NCBI GenBank assembly: GCA_051530055.1
Contig: JBMGUZ010000013.1
Coordinates: 1-58,880, forward strand
Origin: Neoechinorhynchus agilis
Lineage: Eukaryota > Animalia > Acanthocephala
DNA length: 58,880 nucleotides
Reading direction: 5' to 3'
Part shown: positions 10,975 to 23,820 of the stretch, one piece after another
Numbering within the stretch: position 1 is the first letter of the stretch
Layout of the letters: the number at the start of each line of letters is the position of its first letter
Translations under genes and position numbers: made by a program
The notes under the pieces: generated by a model
What the model was told of the DNA's origin: nothing
The model's input: the letters and a program-made list of their open reading frames with translations, nothing else
The model's database searches: none

Positions 10975-12790
10975 GGCGGTACGAGAAATTTTGTTCGTGA
11001 TAATATGAACAGAGCGTCGTGTCGCGCGATGTGCAAGAGCCTGGAGGCCGTGAGCCGCAATTGATCGATGGCTTTTGAAAGGAACGTTTTCAGGTTAGAC
11101 AGGTTACCGATTGGAGACCCGAGAATGTCAGCTGAGTCGGTTGCAGTTGTCTTTGCTCCGGAGATTACGGTGAGCAGTTTAGATGCATCCTCTTGGTCGT
11201 CCGAAATGATTTCGCATTTGTCCGTTCTCAGGAATAGTCCGATATCGGCATTGATTTCGGAGATGCTGTTGATGTCGCGGATGAGCTGGTCGATCGCTGG
11301 CGGACAACCTCTGTCATCGCGGAGCGGCATATTGAATTGAACGCGTTCTCCATGTCAAGATTGACCACAGCCGTTCCCTTATTGATACCATTTCGACTAT
11401 ACGCTTGTGCTGAGTGTACGGCCGCCTCGGCTCCAGCAGGAACTCCGACTCCTAATTGAACCGGCAAGAGTTGGTCGATCAATCGATCGGTGACGAACTG
11501 ACACGCGGCTTTGGATGCCAATCGACGGAAGGTACAAACAACGGCAATGGGACGAACCCTTCCACCTTTTTTTGTGAAAGCGATCAGCTTGGTACCACAG
11601 AGTAGACGCGCGACTGGAGGAGGTACGGAACCGCGGACGATTACGCGTGTGAGCTCGGTGATTGCGTTCAGCAATCGCGTACCTTGAGCTCCAGAAGAGA
11701 AGCAGGTCAAATCCCGTAAGTGTCGAGGGCTTAAACCATCATGCCCTCCAGCTGACGATGGCGGAAAGGACATCAGAGCGTAAGTGACGGTGGAGACTGT
11801 AATAGGTATGAGGGGATCGCGGTCGGACTCTGTGAACGACGGATCATAATTTGGCTTGAAGCAACTCCGTCTGCGTGGAGGATGCTTCAATTTTAAGGAG
11901 TCGAGGGTGTCCTTGTTCGGCGCGAGTAGGCGGTCCGTTCCGCTTACAAGTCAAACGGCACCCCTTAGGTCGCCGTCCTCCAGCTTCTCGGAGCATTTCG
12001 CACGTAGTTGAGATTCCGAGTCGTGAGGAGCATTACGGCGATGGCTCTGCCATCCAAGATGCTCGACTTGTTCAAAGGACTCGAAAGCGTCGGACCGCTT
12101 GCGAATCTTTTGACTGAGCGATTTATTCTCGTTGGCTTCAGCAGTTTGTGTGGGAACACGTAAGACGGCTTTGGGAAACACGTGGAGGTTGAACCAGTCA
12201 GATGGTACGGTTAGATCTCGTATGATACGCTCGATCAGGCATGCTAATTTGGAAGCTACAGAGGACCTGGCGCCTTGCGGGATTCGTCCAATCATGCGGG
12301 TACCGTGTGAAAGCATCTCGATCAGTGGTGGAGGTGGGGCATTCGTGTCTGTGTCCACAGTTGTGAGTTCGGTTAAATTGGATGGATTGGATGGATTGGA
12401 TGAAGACGGAGAAGCAGGCTGAGTTGGAGGTTTTCTGGATCCAGGGCAATGCGAACCATGTTGACCGTGGGAGCGGACGAGACCACTGAGAGTCGGTTTG
12501 AAGACACGAAGACAAACACTGCATTTGACGGATTTGCATTGGAGACTGGGTACCCCTTCGCCAGCAAGCGAAACAGCCGTCGCTGCGGACGTTGTTGCGG
12601 CATGCAAACTGCCTCCCTCGATAGAGGCCGCACTCGCACTGAGGTTTGAACTATCGGAATGCAATCTTTCCGGTGTTCCTCTGTTTACCATTGCGGGAAT
12701 GTTTTCGAAGAGCACATGGGTTTCTCCTCGCCGGCGAGCGACGCAAGCCGGTGCGGCGGACGTTGTTGCAGTGGTACTCAATTATCCTTA
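10975..12790 (-). mobile_element. CRE-clade-like non-LTR retrotransposon, 5' half (zinc finger + RT), frameshifted and 3'-truncated
   Basis: CSVC..(H)..HG zinc finger; RT motifs SAGGHDGLSPRHL, LIAFTKKGG.VRPIAV, QLGVGVPAGAEAAVH, NLDMENAFNSI, then DD and IGLFLRTDKCEI; the QGDP region appears deleted. Confidence 0.8.
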
Positions 12791-13021
12791 AACGTTTTTT
12801 ATATTGTTAAGCAAATCGAAGTGTTGATCATCAATCAATTTGTAAATATGCGCAAAGATAGTGAGCGGCCTGTATTCCCTTAAATGAAGAATCGACGTTG
12901 CTCAAATCATTATACCAAAGCGAGGACATTAATCTTGAGAATCTTAAATCTAAACTTCACAACTCGACTACTAATGTAGTTCAATCAAAGTCCACATAAC
13001 AACATTAAGCAAAAAAGCCTG

Positions 13022-13285
13022 GTGGAACTTGGCATCGAGCTCCGAAATATGATCAATATTGGCATCAATAATGCCAATTGGATGTACGCGCGAGCAAATA
13101 TCGGAGAGTTTATGAGGCGGCCAATAACTGCCAATGAAATTCGTGAATCGGGTATTTTAGAAATAATTGATGAAATGATGAATGAAAAAGGCAGCGAAAA
13201 GATTATTCTGTCCCTTAAAAAAATCAAGTACAGATTGCAGGTAATTCTCAAAAAGTTGACCCTCAAATCGAAGCGGAAAAGATGA
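13022..13285 (+). pseudogene. Short ORF weakly resembling a TFIIS N-terminal (LW) domain
   Basis: ITANEIRESGILEII...SEKIILSLKKIK loosely resembles the helical pattern; upstream frame is broken. Confidence 0.25.
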
Positions 13286-13393
13286 AATTAGGAAATAAGA
13301 TTACTAAGCGCTGCTTGGTTGTTCAGCCGCCTGTTTTATCTGGTGATGATTGTTTGATAGACAATCCGACTGAAAGAGAGAGATTTTATTCAA

Positions 13394-13432
13394 ACACCGA
13401 GCTTTCGCCGTCCAACGGCTTCTTCAGGGTGT
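13394..13432 (-). ncRNA. Minimal type I hammerhead ribozyme at the 3' end of PLE-2
   Basis: Minus strand ACACC-CTGAAGA-A-GCCG-TTGGA-CGGC-GAAA-GC-TC-GGTGT: perfect 5-bp stem I, 4-bp stem II, palindromic AGCU stem III, CUC cleavage triplet. Confidence 0.82.
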
Positions 13433-14890
13433 AATCTGCAATGCGAGTGGAGGTTCACATGAGATTCATGACGGCAGACAACTCATCCTTCTGGTTAATG
13501 AGTGTCCTACCGACCGATGCCCGCTAGAGTCCTCACGATCCCGGGTCTCTCGGGATATGATCAGCGCTTCCGCTATCGACAGTTCGACGGGATCCTGCGC
13601 TTTGTACATTATGCGCGTGGACAGCTGAACTGTTCCATCCGGGTGGACTCGCGAATAATGTTTCGCCCACGGTGTCGTCACATACGATTGCGCACTTGGG
13701 TTCAACGAGTTTCGTACATGCTCGGTTACTCTTTGGCGAAGTGGCCTTTCTGTTTTGCCCACGTACGTGACCAAGTGGCCACGGTCAATCCGACACCGTT
13801 CACACCGGATCTCGTAGACCACACTGCTCTGATCGCACATCTTCCAGTCACGATCAATGGCTTGCTGACGCTCCTCGTCCATCCTCGCACCTGCTGCGTA
13901 TCTGCACATTAGGCACGACCGAGGGCATTCCTGATGATCCTCATGATGCCTCGTTCTCGTCAGCATCCTCCGCAGCGTTCTACACCCTCTGTGCACAATA
14001 CGCACATTCAACCCTGCTTGCCTGGGCAGTACTTTAACTCTCTTCGTGAATATTTCACTCACGTACGGAATTCGTAGGATCGGCCTATCGTCCTTTCGTT
14101 CCCTCATGGGTCCAGCGTCTCGTCTAATTCTATTTTCCACTTCTCGCTGGAATCCTTCGATCTCCTCTGTCGAATATCCGTTGTCCGCGAAGATCTTGTT
14201 TACTGCTTCGACCGCTCCACGCTTCGCGTCCCACGACGATGAGCAGGTGGTTGCCGATTTATGCATACCAGCGTATATCGCCGCTTTCATCGCCCAAGGA
14301 TGGTGAGAATCTCGGTGCATCACAATCGACTTCCTGCATGGCTTTCGATACCAATTGAAGTTGGACACATCGTCGGATTTGAAGCGGAGATTGAGGAATG
14401 GCAGATAGTCCGAAGGTTGGTCTCTCGTAACCCGAATCCTCCTATTCGAGTCCATTGAATTTAATAGTGATTCAATGGTATCGACCTCATCATCCTCGGT
14501 GAAGTTCAGCAACACATCGTCCACATAGCGGAGGTAAACTTGACTCGACGCTAAATGTGGATAGATGTGCAGTCTTTCCAGGTCCTCGAGGTAGAGGATG
14601 GCCAATACCGGAGCTAAACTATTTCCCATTGCGAGACCACGAACTTGCTTATATAGCTGGTTTCGATAACGAAAAAGGGTTGCACTTCAGTACCAATCGA
14701 GTCAGACCAATAACATCGTCTGGAAGTAGACCGAAGAGGTCATGAGGATCGAGCGGTAATCCATATGACGATCCGTCAAGTTTTCTATGCCCTCTCGCAA
14801 CAACAATTTTCTCTCTGTGTGGTCATCATCTCGCGAGGCACGACCGAGGGCATTCCTGATGATCCTCATGATGCCTCGTTCTCGTCGTCG
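13394..14890 (-). mobile_element. Second Penelope-like element (different family), 5'-truncated and rearranged; RT C-terminus + GIY-YIG
   Basis: YKQVRGLAMGNSLAPVLAILYL, YLRYVDDV, LPFLNL, WYRKP, YVGKTERPLRQRVTEH, IAEALII; hammerhead and AATAAA downstream of the ORF. Confidence 0.88.
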
Positions 14891-14959
14891 ATCTCGGTCT
14901 CTTCAGACCTGGTGCTGAGAATCATCCAACCACACACTCGAATAGAGTCGCACCCACCA

Positions 14960-15800
14960 CCTGAACTGATTGAAATGCACGCTCAATGGACATCAGTGTT
15001 CGGGCAGGTCGTTCCAACGGAAACAAACTCCCAAAAATGTAGGACTGCCTTGCTCCACACTGCGTATTATCAGCAGCTTCTTAACTCATGCTCGTCTCCC
15101 AACGATAGAGCTCGTCTCTTGGCAGTCTCAGCTCCACACTCCAGCGACTTCTTGAAGGCTTTCCCAATCACATCTGTTGGCACGATGCTGGATGATCAGG
15201 CCATCACCGTCGCTGTGGGACTTCGGTTGGGCATCGAATTCTCAGGCTCATATACATGTCGGTGCGGTGAGACAGTGAACGGATCGGGAACTCACGGCCT
15301 TGACTGCAAGCGATCAATTGCTCGCCACGCACGGCACTCAGCAGTCAACCGCATAATCAAGGAAGCCCTCTCAACGGCCGGGTTTCCAGCTCGACTCGAA
15401 CCAGTTGGACTCTCCCAGAACGACGGTAAACGCCCTGATGGAGCGACTCTCCTCCAATGGTGCTCCGGGAAAATACTGGTTTGGGATTTTACCTGCCCCA
15501 ACACGGGTATGCCACCTCAAAGGCGGGAGCATTCGCCAGCTTCAGCGAGGAAAAGAAGCGGCAGAAGTACTCCTCGCTCGATGGGCATCAATATATTTTC
15601 ATTCCGATTGCGGTGGAAACACTGGGATGTCTCGGAAAAGAAGCCGATTATTTCCTCTCACGACTGGGAGGGATGCTAAAACATGCCACCGGCGATATGC
15701 GATCCAGCAGCTTCCTGTTGCAGCGAATCAGCGCGGCGATCCAACTCGGCAATGCCGCGGCCATCAAGGAAGCTGCCGAACAAACATAACATTTGAAGAC
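14960..15800 (+). mobile_element. CRE-clade-like non-LTR retrotransposon 3' fragment (CCHC finger + restriction-like endonuclease), frameshifted
   Basis: CRCG..HGLDC..RH.AVN, RLEP.GL..DGKRPDGATL..W..GK.LVWDFTC, FIPIAVETLG, QRISAAIQLGNAA. Confidence 0.85.
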
Positions 15801-16614
15801 AACAAATTGAGTAATTCATGGATAAGCGGTTTCGACGCTTGTCAGCCTACATTTAGTAATATCACGCAATTTGTGTTGCAAATAAGTTTTATTTGCTGTA
15901 TTTTACATTGCTTTGGATCTGATTCCTCTTTGTTTTTCATTTTTGTCCTCTGGATTAAAATTATGATTGCTATGTTTTTTCTTGGGATGTCTTTAGAAAG
16001 TACAATTTATCCAAATTTATTGCTTCAAAAAAGAGAATATTTAAACTTTAATATAATTAATAACCCCGGGGATCGCGTGAAGGGAATTCGAGGATTGAGC
16101 TGCAAGCACATTACTTGAGCAGATTTTATTGAACCTCAAGCGCTGTGGCTATTATAAAGCTATAAAGTTGGGAAAATACTGATCGGAATCGTCGGAAATC
16201 TGCACTAAAATCTTTTATATTGCACACAAATTGTTGGATGTGAGAGGTTGAACAATAAAGAAACTCCTTAAGAGGGTTCGAAATACATTTTATCTTTGCG
16301 AACACATTCACAAGTGGCCATTGGGATTATTAATCTCGACATTAAATCTTTATTAATAATTAAACGGGCGACTTTAACCTTTTTGCTTCATATTTTTCGT
16401 GTACCGTTTCGAATACTACAAAATATTTTTATTCTTTTAAATGACTAGAACTCGGTCTCAGTTCGCAAAGAATATTGACTGAGTAAAATTCTGATCACAT
16501 TTTATTCCTTGAACTCTTTCCGCTAAACAAAAAAGGCATCAATATTCAACAACACCTTTGGTCAATACTCCAAAAACATCATTTCTTGATAATATATTAA
16601 AAATATTTATTCTA

Positions 16615-19557
16615 TTAACAAAAGTACAAGAGACCACTCAGGCGATCGCTGAGTGAAAGAATAAGAAACTTCAATTTCTTCTCTGTAGGTTTCACTTCGT
16701 GGCTCACCTTTTCATCTCCATTTTTGACAACCAAGTCATCTTCATAAAAATAATCTCGGACTGTTGGATCGCAGAGCTGCAAAAATTCTACATAATGTCT
16801 CGCCCGGAAAGCGACGTGATGGGCATAATAACAAGGTGCCGGGATTGAGACTGAACGAAAGCATTTAGCATACAAATGGCACAAATTAAAAGTTACTTGC
16901 ATAAGATTATTCTCATTAAATCCAATGGAATCATAGATTAATCTGTACCGCGTTGGTCTCGATGTTCCTTGGATTCCCGCGTGGCTCACCAGAAATGCAT
17001 CGACTATGGAATCCATGCAGACTTCTGGGGAATATACGGTTCCGGGAAGTGGATTTCCGTTGCGATCGCCGTCTCTTCGATCAGAAGGGAACATTCGGAG
17101 ATGATGCCGCTTCTGGACGACAACGACGCTGAGTTTAATCTCGTCCCCCATTCCTTCTTTTCGACAGGCTTCTATTATGCCATTGACTTCGAATCGATTG
17201 ACTAAGTCGAGTTGAGTATCGGAAACGCCATCTCGGTACAAAAGGATTCGGTCCGGCAAACATTTGTTTCGCTCTCGATACTTTCCCAGTATCCTTCGCA
17301 TTATTGTTTCTAAGTTATAAACAATTTCTATACTTGACTTTGAAGCTTGAGGATTTTTCTGAAGGGAAATCTCGGTAACATAGGAATGAGGAACAAAGTC
17401 AACCGAAGCTACAACGGCGGCTATCGAAACTCGGCTAAGGTGTCCTTGACTATTCAGAACCCGATGGGTAACATCGAGACCGACAAACATGGTCCTTCCG
17501 TAATTTCCAATTTGTGGATTAAACTTAAATGGCACTGGATTTCGTGTTAGACTCACGTTAACACCGCCGAGCTTTGCACAAAGTTTGTTACAAATATTTG
17601 CGATAACCTGACCGTCCGGATTACCGCTCCTATCTCGTCTTTTTATCGCTTTGTCAGTGATGAACTGAGTAATCGATCCGCTGACTAGTTCCGCAGCAGC
17701 CTTAACTGCTGAATATTGGTAGTTGTTCCGTCTTGCAAAAAAGAATGTCACTTTTGTAGTATTTCCTGATAAGATATATCGAGGAAATTGAACGTTGAAT
17801 TCGTCTCGATGCCACATATGACGATGTCCATTTTCAGTCAGATCGATTCCATATCTTCGTGCCGTTTCAATCAGCCTCTTTAAGAATTGCTGGACGCTAT
17901 CCTCGTCTATTGACAGATTATCCGGAAAAATGTAATAAGACCATGTCAAGTCTTTTCCAACTCCTTTAAAGAATGAAAATTCTTTACCGGCATTCCAGGC
18001 TCCATGATGCCTCTGATATGTTATTTGACCTTGAGAATGATAAATCATTGGTATCGGTAAAAGACCGGCATCGACTACAGCCATACGATCGGATACTTCG
18101 AGTCTCCATTCTTTAAAATATTTCGCACACTCGTTGTTCTTGTTTGATTGCAAATACATTAATTTCGAATCAATATTAAACTTCCTCTGAGTCGGAGAAA
18201 GTGTTGTTCTTTTAATAACATCCGCCATTTGATTCTTAAGTTCTTCGTTCTGTACCTTTCGTGCTGCGAGATATACAAGTTCCAATGGAACTACGGCATT
18301 TCCTCTTTTACCCGTCGCAACGGTCACAAAATGAGGCAAACAATCATGGCCGTAATGTTGTTTGAAAAATTGACCAACGCTAATATTCGAGTGACCATCG
18401 TCATTGTTTAAAACGAATTTGTATTCAAAAGGTGATTCCATCTTAAAGGAATTAAAGGTGGCGTACCGCTTATGCTTCCCTTCCGAATCATATTTTACAA
18501 TGATCTTTGTTCGGTCCTTCAAAAGTTCACTAACCGATTGTAATAATTGAGGATTAGTTTTGCTGGCGGTTAAATCGTCTTCCGATATTCCTTTTTTCCG
18601 GAGGAAATCAAGCAACGATATTTCGGGTGCGATAACTGCATTTGCGACATCGACATTCAATGCTAAAGCGTCGAATGCAATCACGGCACTGGCGAAGATT
18701 CCGTTAAAGAGTCCTTTGAATGAATCGAGTCGATGAGCAGGTGGATCATTTAAAGGAAAAAAAGATCTCCCAAAGTTAATTAGAAGATTCGATAGTGCGA
18801 ATTTAAAGACAATATCGATTATTGCCATCTGCGGACGGAGTGCAACAGATTTTCCGATCATGTTTCTTATCAATGCAATGTCCTGCTCCATATCGATTTC
18901 ATTGGTTTTCTTAAATATAACCAAATACTTTTCAGAGACGAGTATTGAACACTCATCGCTGCCTGTTGCGAAATCGCTTAGTGAGTAAACCACACGACCA
19001 CCGTTGTATACAGTTCGGTACTTGAATTCAGATTCACGATCATTTGCCATTTTCAATATCGCTTTTTTAATTATAATTCGCTGTTTTAATGAAGATAAGA
19101 CGTTTTCTCCGTTTGGGTTATTGACAACCAAACCTATATCTTTATCTTCAATCTTCACATCGTACTGCTTTACTCTGAAAGGAGTTGAATTGGTCAGTGG
19201 AAAATAATTGATCATCATTTTCATCGACTTATTTAATTTAATTTTTGTACAGTAAACATTTTTTGGACGTGTTTCCACGCTGCATTCTTGTCGCAGCGTA
19301 TTTATTTCAAAACATTCAAAATCATTAGGTTTAAAAGTATGGATCGACATCACTTCTTTTGCAATCAAGCCTATGAATTTATGGGATTCATCTATCGACA
19401 TATTAATTATTTTGCTTTCTTCATTATATTGTCTTTGTGGTTCTGCATCGTTTCCCCTTTGACCTTGATTTCTCTGGTACCGTCCACGGTTTGGCCATCT
19501 CCCACCTCGATATCTTCGGTTGCTTCCATTGTACCGATTGTTGTTATTGCTGGACAT
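16615..19557 (-). CDS. Argonaute (AGO-clade, divergent), single exon, 980 aa; PAZ-MID-PIWI with predicted catalytic DEDH tetrad
   Basis: PAZ (ISVGQFFKQHY..VVPLEL), MID (YSAVKAAAE..GSITQFI, NICNKLCAKLGGVN), PIWI (GLDVTH, SIEIV, LLYRDGVSD, QKRHHLR, FLVSHAGIQGTSRPTRY, SVSIPAPCYYAHHVA, terminal LYFC); RG-rich N-terminus. Confidence 0.96.
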   Translation of the reverse strand: MSSNNNNRYNGSNRRYRGGRWPNRGRYQRNQGQRGNDAEPQRQYNEESKIINMSIDESHKFIGLIAKEVMSIHTFKPNDFECFEINTLRQECSVETRPKNVYCTKIKLNKSMKMMINYFPLTNSTPFRVKQYDVKIEDKDIGLVVNNPNGENVLSSLKQRIIIKKAILKMANDRESEFKYRTVYNGGRVVYSLSDFATGSDECSILVSEKYLVIFKKTNEIDMEQDIALIRNMIGKSVALRPQMAIIDIVFKFALSNLLINFGRSFFPLNDPPAHRLDSFKGLFNGIFASAVIAFDALALNVDVANAVIAPEISLLDFLRKKGISEDDLTASKTNPQLLQSVSELLKDRTKIIVKYDSEGKHKRYATFNSFKMESPFEYKFVLNNDDGHSNISVGQFFKQHYGHDCLPHFVTVATGKRGNAVVPLELVYLAARKVQNEELKNQMADVIKRTTLSPTQRKFNIDSKLMYLQSNKNNECAKYFKEWRLEVSDRMAVVDAGLLPIPMIYHSQGQITYQRHHGAWNAGKEFSFFKGVGKDLTWSYYIFPDNLSIDEDSVQQFLKRLIETARRYGIDLTENGHRHMWHRDEFNVQFPRYILSGNTTKVTFFFARRNNYQYSAVKAAAELVSGSITQFITDKAIKRRDRSGNPDGQVIANICNKLCAKLGGVNVSLTRNPVPFKFNPQIGNYGRTMFVGLDVTHRVLNSQGHLSRVSIAAVVASVDFVPHSYVTEISLQKNPQASKSSIEIVYNLETIMRRILGKYRERNKCLPDRILLYRDGVSDTQLDLVNRFEVNGIIEACRKEGMGDEIKLSVVVVQKRHHLRMFPSDRRDGDRNGNPLPGTVYSPEVCMDSIVDAFLVSHAGIQGTSRPTRYRLIYDSIGFNENNLMQVTFNLCHLYAKCFRSVSIPAPCYYAHHVAFRARHYVEFLQLCDPTVRDYFYEDDLVVKNGDEKVSHEVKPTEKKLKFLILSLSDRLSGLLYFC

Positions 19558-21163
19558 CTCTAAATAAACTTTATTAGTGGAGAGTAATCAATCGACAGTT
19601 TGAGCTAACGAGAAACGTTCTTGAATGAAAAAATTGATCTATTCAATTTTGTCAGAGTGCAAATGTAGAGAACGCAAAGAGATCAGGATCGATATTCGAT
19701 CATTCGGTAAAATGGCTAAATACCTCTAATAGATTGTTTTTCCGTTATAAAGTGCGAAACGCAAATCTGAAGAAAACTGTACTCTCTATGGGTGCGTTTA
19801 TTATTTACGATTAAAAAAATAATTTGCTCTTCATACCAATCACGATTAATAAACATATTTTTCAATATGGATTATCTTTAATTAAAGGTATTATTTAATA
19901 TTATCAAATACAATTTATCGAACGAAATTTTTACATGTTCGTAAAGTTAGAAAATCGGTTATTGCCCAAAATTAGATTGAACGCAAATCTGATCTATGAC
20001 CTTGATGAAATTATAAAGACAATAAATCTGTTGCAAATGAGAATCCCTTCGCTGTGGGATTTTGCATGCTTTTTTCGTAGGCCTAAAGTCCCAGAAATAA
20101 ATAATTACTCCTAAGAAGAGTTTTCTTCAATAGCGTTTACATTTAAAAATGCTATTTTAGGTTTTGAATAAACGTCTTTACATTCAAGTTTTCAAACGAA
20201 TTGAGTTCTATTTCAAAACTGTATGCAGTATCAAATCCAAAGGAATTAAATTAAAGTGATTTAAAATTATCCGTTAATAGATAATTTATTGGCTGGATAG
20301 CTCTCTATTTCGACGCAGCCAATAACAGGCCAAGTTTTAAACAATAAATGAATATGCGATGGCTGTGGGAATTCTTGAATTTTTCGTAATATCTAATTTC
20401 TATGATGTAAAATTTTTGCAGAAGCGAACTTTGTATTTTATTTTGCTTCAAAGAAAAAGCTAAAACATTAAGACAAGTTGGATTTATTGTGCTGATGTAA
20501 ATTTTACTTTCGATCAGACATGCCGTTATCAACTGATCTAATTCGCTTACTTCATCGATTTCTTTTATTTAGAACTATATTTCGAAAAGAAATCGACCGT
20601 ACCATATAAATGCACGAGTTCGTTTGCATCCCAATGGTCAAGTTTTAAACGTCTGTCATTGTTGATAAGAAATCGGAATTGATAGAGAAATTCATTGCCA
20701 CTTGAATAACTATTTATTCAATTAAAATAATTTGCTCAAAAATAGCGATGACTCACGTTGATAAAGTTTTACTCAATTTCTGTGAAGTTTCATCTATCGC
20801 ATTTTTGCTAAGTTTACTATTTGGATTCTCTTTGTCATTATTTCATCTTCTTGTTTCAAAGTTTTCATTGAACGTAATTTTTTTATCAGATTTTACCTTC
20901 TTTATTCGACCAAACTTTGCTTCTTGTTCGACTGAGTTAGGGAATTTAACCATTTACCGGTGGACTTTTTAATACCCGAGATAACTTCTACAAACTGATT
21001 GAGAGAAAAATTTCAAGTTCAATTCAATATGGTACTCATTTTAAGATGTTGCGATTTAAATATTGACACTTACGCCTTTTCTAACCGATTTGTTTTAATG
21101 CTGTTTCGGAAAAACTTATTAAATTGTATATCTTCCAAAAACAAAAATATTTTCACTTAATTA

Positions 21164-21581
21164 TTAACTTACATTTTTGGTGTTTTGCTGATTTTCCCGT
21201 ATTTGCGAATAAAGATCTGACTGTGATTCAAGAAGTCTTGAATGCTCGTTCAATAACAAAGACTTGAGTGCTTTTAACCCGCCGCCAATTTCTGTGCTTT
21301 TCAATATTCCAAGATTATAAATTCTAAAACTGCAAATCCAAGTTCGCCATTTGTAAAATATCCTCCATTTACCATTCACAATTGAGAGCATACCAATGTC
21401 TAACAAAACAACTGGGAAGTCTCATCCTCGTATGGAATAAACATTCAATCGCGCCGTCACTCACGTTCATTGCCGTGAGAACTTTCAATGCTCGTTGCTT
21501 TGTTATTTCTAAGTTTTGACAAGCGGCAGATTGTTGTGTAAAGTCGAAATCCGACTTGATCTCTATCTCCATATTATTCAT
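21164..21581 (-). CDS. Possible small spliced gene or pseudogene of unknown function
   Basis: Two ORFs joinable by a ~41-nt GT-AG intron; ends at a gtaagt donor; no recognisable domain. Confidence 0.25.
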
Positions 21582-21989
21582 GGATTTTAAAATGTTATCA
21601 GAATCGATGTCGTTGCTTTGTGAATGGATTTGAACATTCGAATTGAAAGTTTCTTCGCTAACTTCTATAAGGAAGTGTTAACAAAAGCGCTGAACAGATC
21701 CAAAATCAATTGGAATTTCGATGATAAAAAGTTGATCCTTTTGTAAAAGTGTAGTGGAGAAATCAAACGCATAAATGCGAATTGTCCGAAATGGACACTC
21801 AATTTAAAATGAAGATATCTTGAGTTGTATTTTAAATACTACTGATGGCTAAAAACCAAATTTTCCCTTTTTTGTTAACTTTTATTTCTTCGAGTAAGCA
21901 GCGATAACGTGAAACTTCGCAGAAAACCGAAGAACTCTAACAAAAATCTAAAGGTTCTAAAAAGCCGACTTAATCTCTAGCGATTTTGA

Positions 21990-23220
21990 ATCGATCACCC
22001 TTAAACAGCTCACACTCCTCGGGAGCTGCGTTCTTGCTTAGAATGTTGCGAAGGACCTGCGCGCACAAATCCCGAAAATGGAGTTGCTCTGCGGCCGAAC
22101 TTCTGAGCTTTCGGCTGATGAGGGTCTCTTCTTGATCAAGAATTGCCTCTATATGCCGAAATTGCTTCATAAGCTAAGAGCAGCTCCATGTTTCGGAGAA
22201 GACAAATTGTTAGGAGAGCTCGACGGGGTAATTCGTAAGCAGCTGGGACATATATTGATTGTCAAATTTTCTGACACAGGTTGGCGACAGGCTACTTTTC
22301 CAACGGCTTATGGTGGTTTGGGAGTTCGCACCACTTCAGACGTCGCTTTACCTGCCTTCCTCTCCTCTTGCCGGGCAGTGGGATCTTTGAAACAGGATTA
22401 TCTCAATGGCATCAATTGACAGGCATCAACCAGCTCCCCGCAAATGAGTGCAAACAGTCGTCTCGGGACATTCCTCTTGTTCAGAAGATTCACAACTCTT
22501 TCAAAGATCTTCTGGATGATTTGTCTCAGGTCCGGCTGGTAGCCTGTTCCACGAAGGAGTCGGGAGCGTGGTTGAATGCTCTCCCTGTAGGGAAACTTGG
22601 AAATCTCCTTGTTGACTCAGTCGTCAGGATCGCAGTATCCTTGATATTAGGTCTGCCGATTTGCATCCCGCATCGCTGCCGCTGCGGCACTATAGTGGAC
22701 GCTCCGGGGAGACACGGCCTCATATGCAAGACGTCAGCGATTTCCAAGGCATGCTGAAATCAATGCCATTCTGAGTAGGACCCTAAAAACTCTTTTCCTC
22801 TCAAACGTTCTAGAACCCACTAATCTTTGTAGATTAGATGGATTTCTTGGCGGGAGGGAAAATGTTTTTGCAAACTCCAACATCAGCCACTCGAAAAAAG
22901 TCCAGGAGGAGCGCCGACGGCGGCAGAGGAGCTGAAATGCTCGAAATACAGGGAGCTAATCCGAAATTACCATTTTGTTCACTTCGGTGTGGAAACGTAC
23001 CTTGGGAGGGTCGGCACTGGCCCTGCTGAAGGACCGGGGGAAACGAATCAACGCGGCGACTGGAGAGCCAAGATCGACTTCGTTCTTGGCGCAAAAAATA
23101 AGCATTGCGGTGCAACGGGGCAATGCGGCCAACATTTTGGCCAGCGCCGATGAATAGGAGCGGAGAGGTTGTAAACAATGCATAGATAAATTGTATACAA
23201 ATAAAGTTTCTTAGAAAACA
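21990..23220 (+). mobile_element. CRE-clade-like non-LTR retrotransposon fragment (RT thumb + RLE), 5'-truncated and frameshifted
   Basis: LTLLGS, MPKLLHKLRAAPC, WRQATFPTAYGGLGVR, ESGAWLNALP, RIAVSLILG..CRCG, QKISIAVQRGNAA. Confidence 0.85.
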
Positions 23221-23820
23221 TGTATAGAAAAACGCAAAAAAAGGAAGGAGAAATGTAAAATTTTGGCGATTGTTTTAGATCAAAAGGAGAGACATTTTTA
23301 AAAGATTTAAAATATTGTGCATACCGAATAGAGCGTTATATGAATTGGACTCCAAAGACGAATTATCATAATTTCGACTGCATCGTATCTATTTTGCGTC
23401 TCAGTTTCTAAATCTATGGATACCAATGACTCACAGATTGTTGATCGCATCTTTTGTTTTGAGTTCGCTCCTTATAAATACCAGAAATCGATGAGCATCG
23501 TTTAAAATTGAGCTTCTCAGCGTTGAATTTAAATCGGGACTCAGAAAGGTCTTCTCCGATTGATCCAAATTGCCAACTTCTCCTAAATGTTATTGATTTT
23601 TTATAGGCTTTTCGTGGTCGCTTTTCGACTTCAACTTACAACATTCCTCTTCAATTCTTAAAAAAGTCTTTAAAAACATTTAATCAAATTTAACTCACTT
23701 TATCAGAAGAAAAAGTATGTGACTGTCCTCAAACTTGAGAGTGAGTCTTGTACGACACTTTAATTCTGAAAACCGACAGGTCTTTCTAAGAAAGCAAAAG
23801 TAGCGAATCTCGAAATTTCT

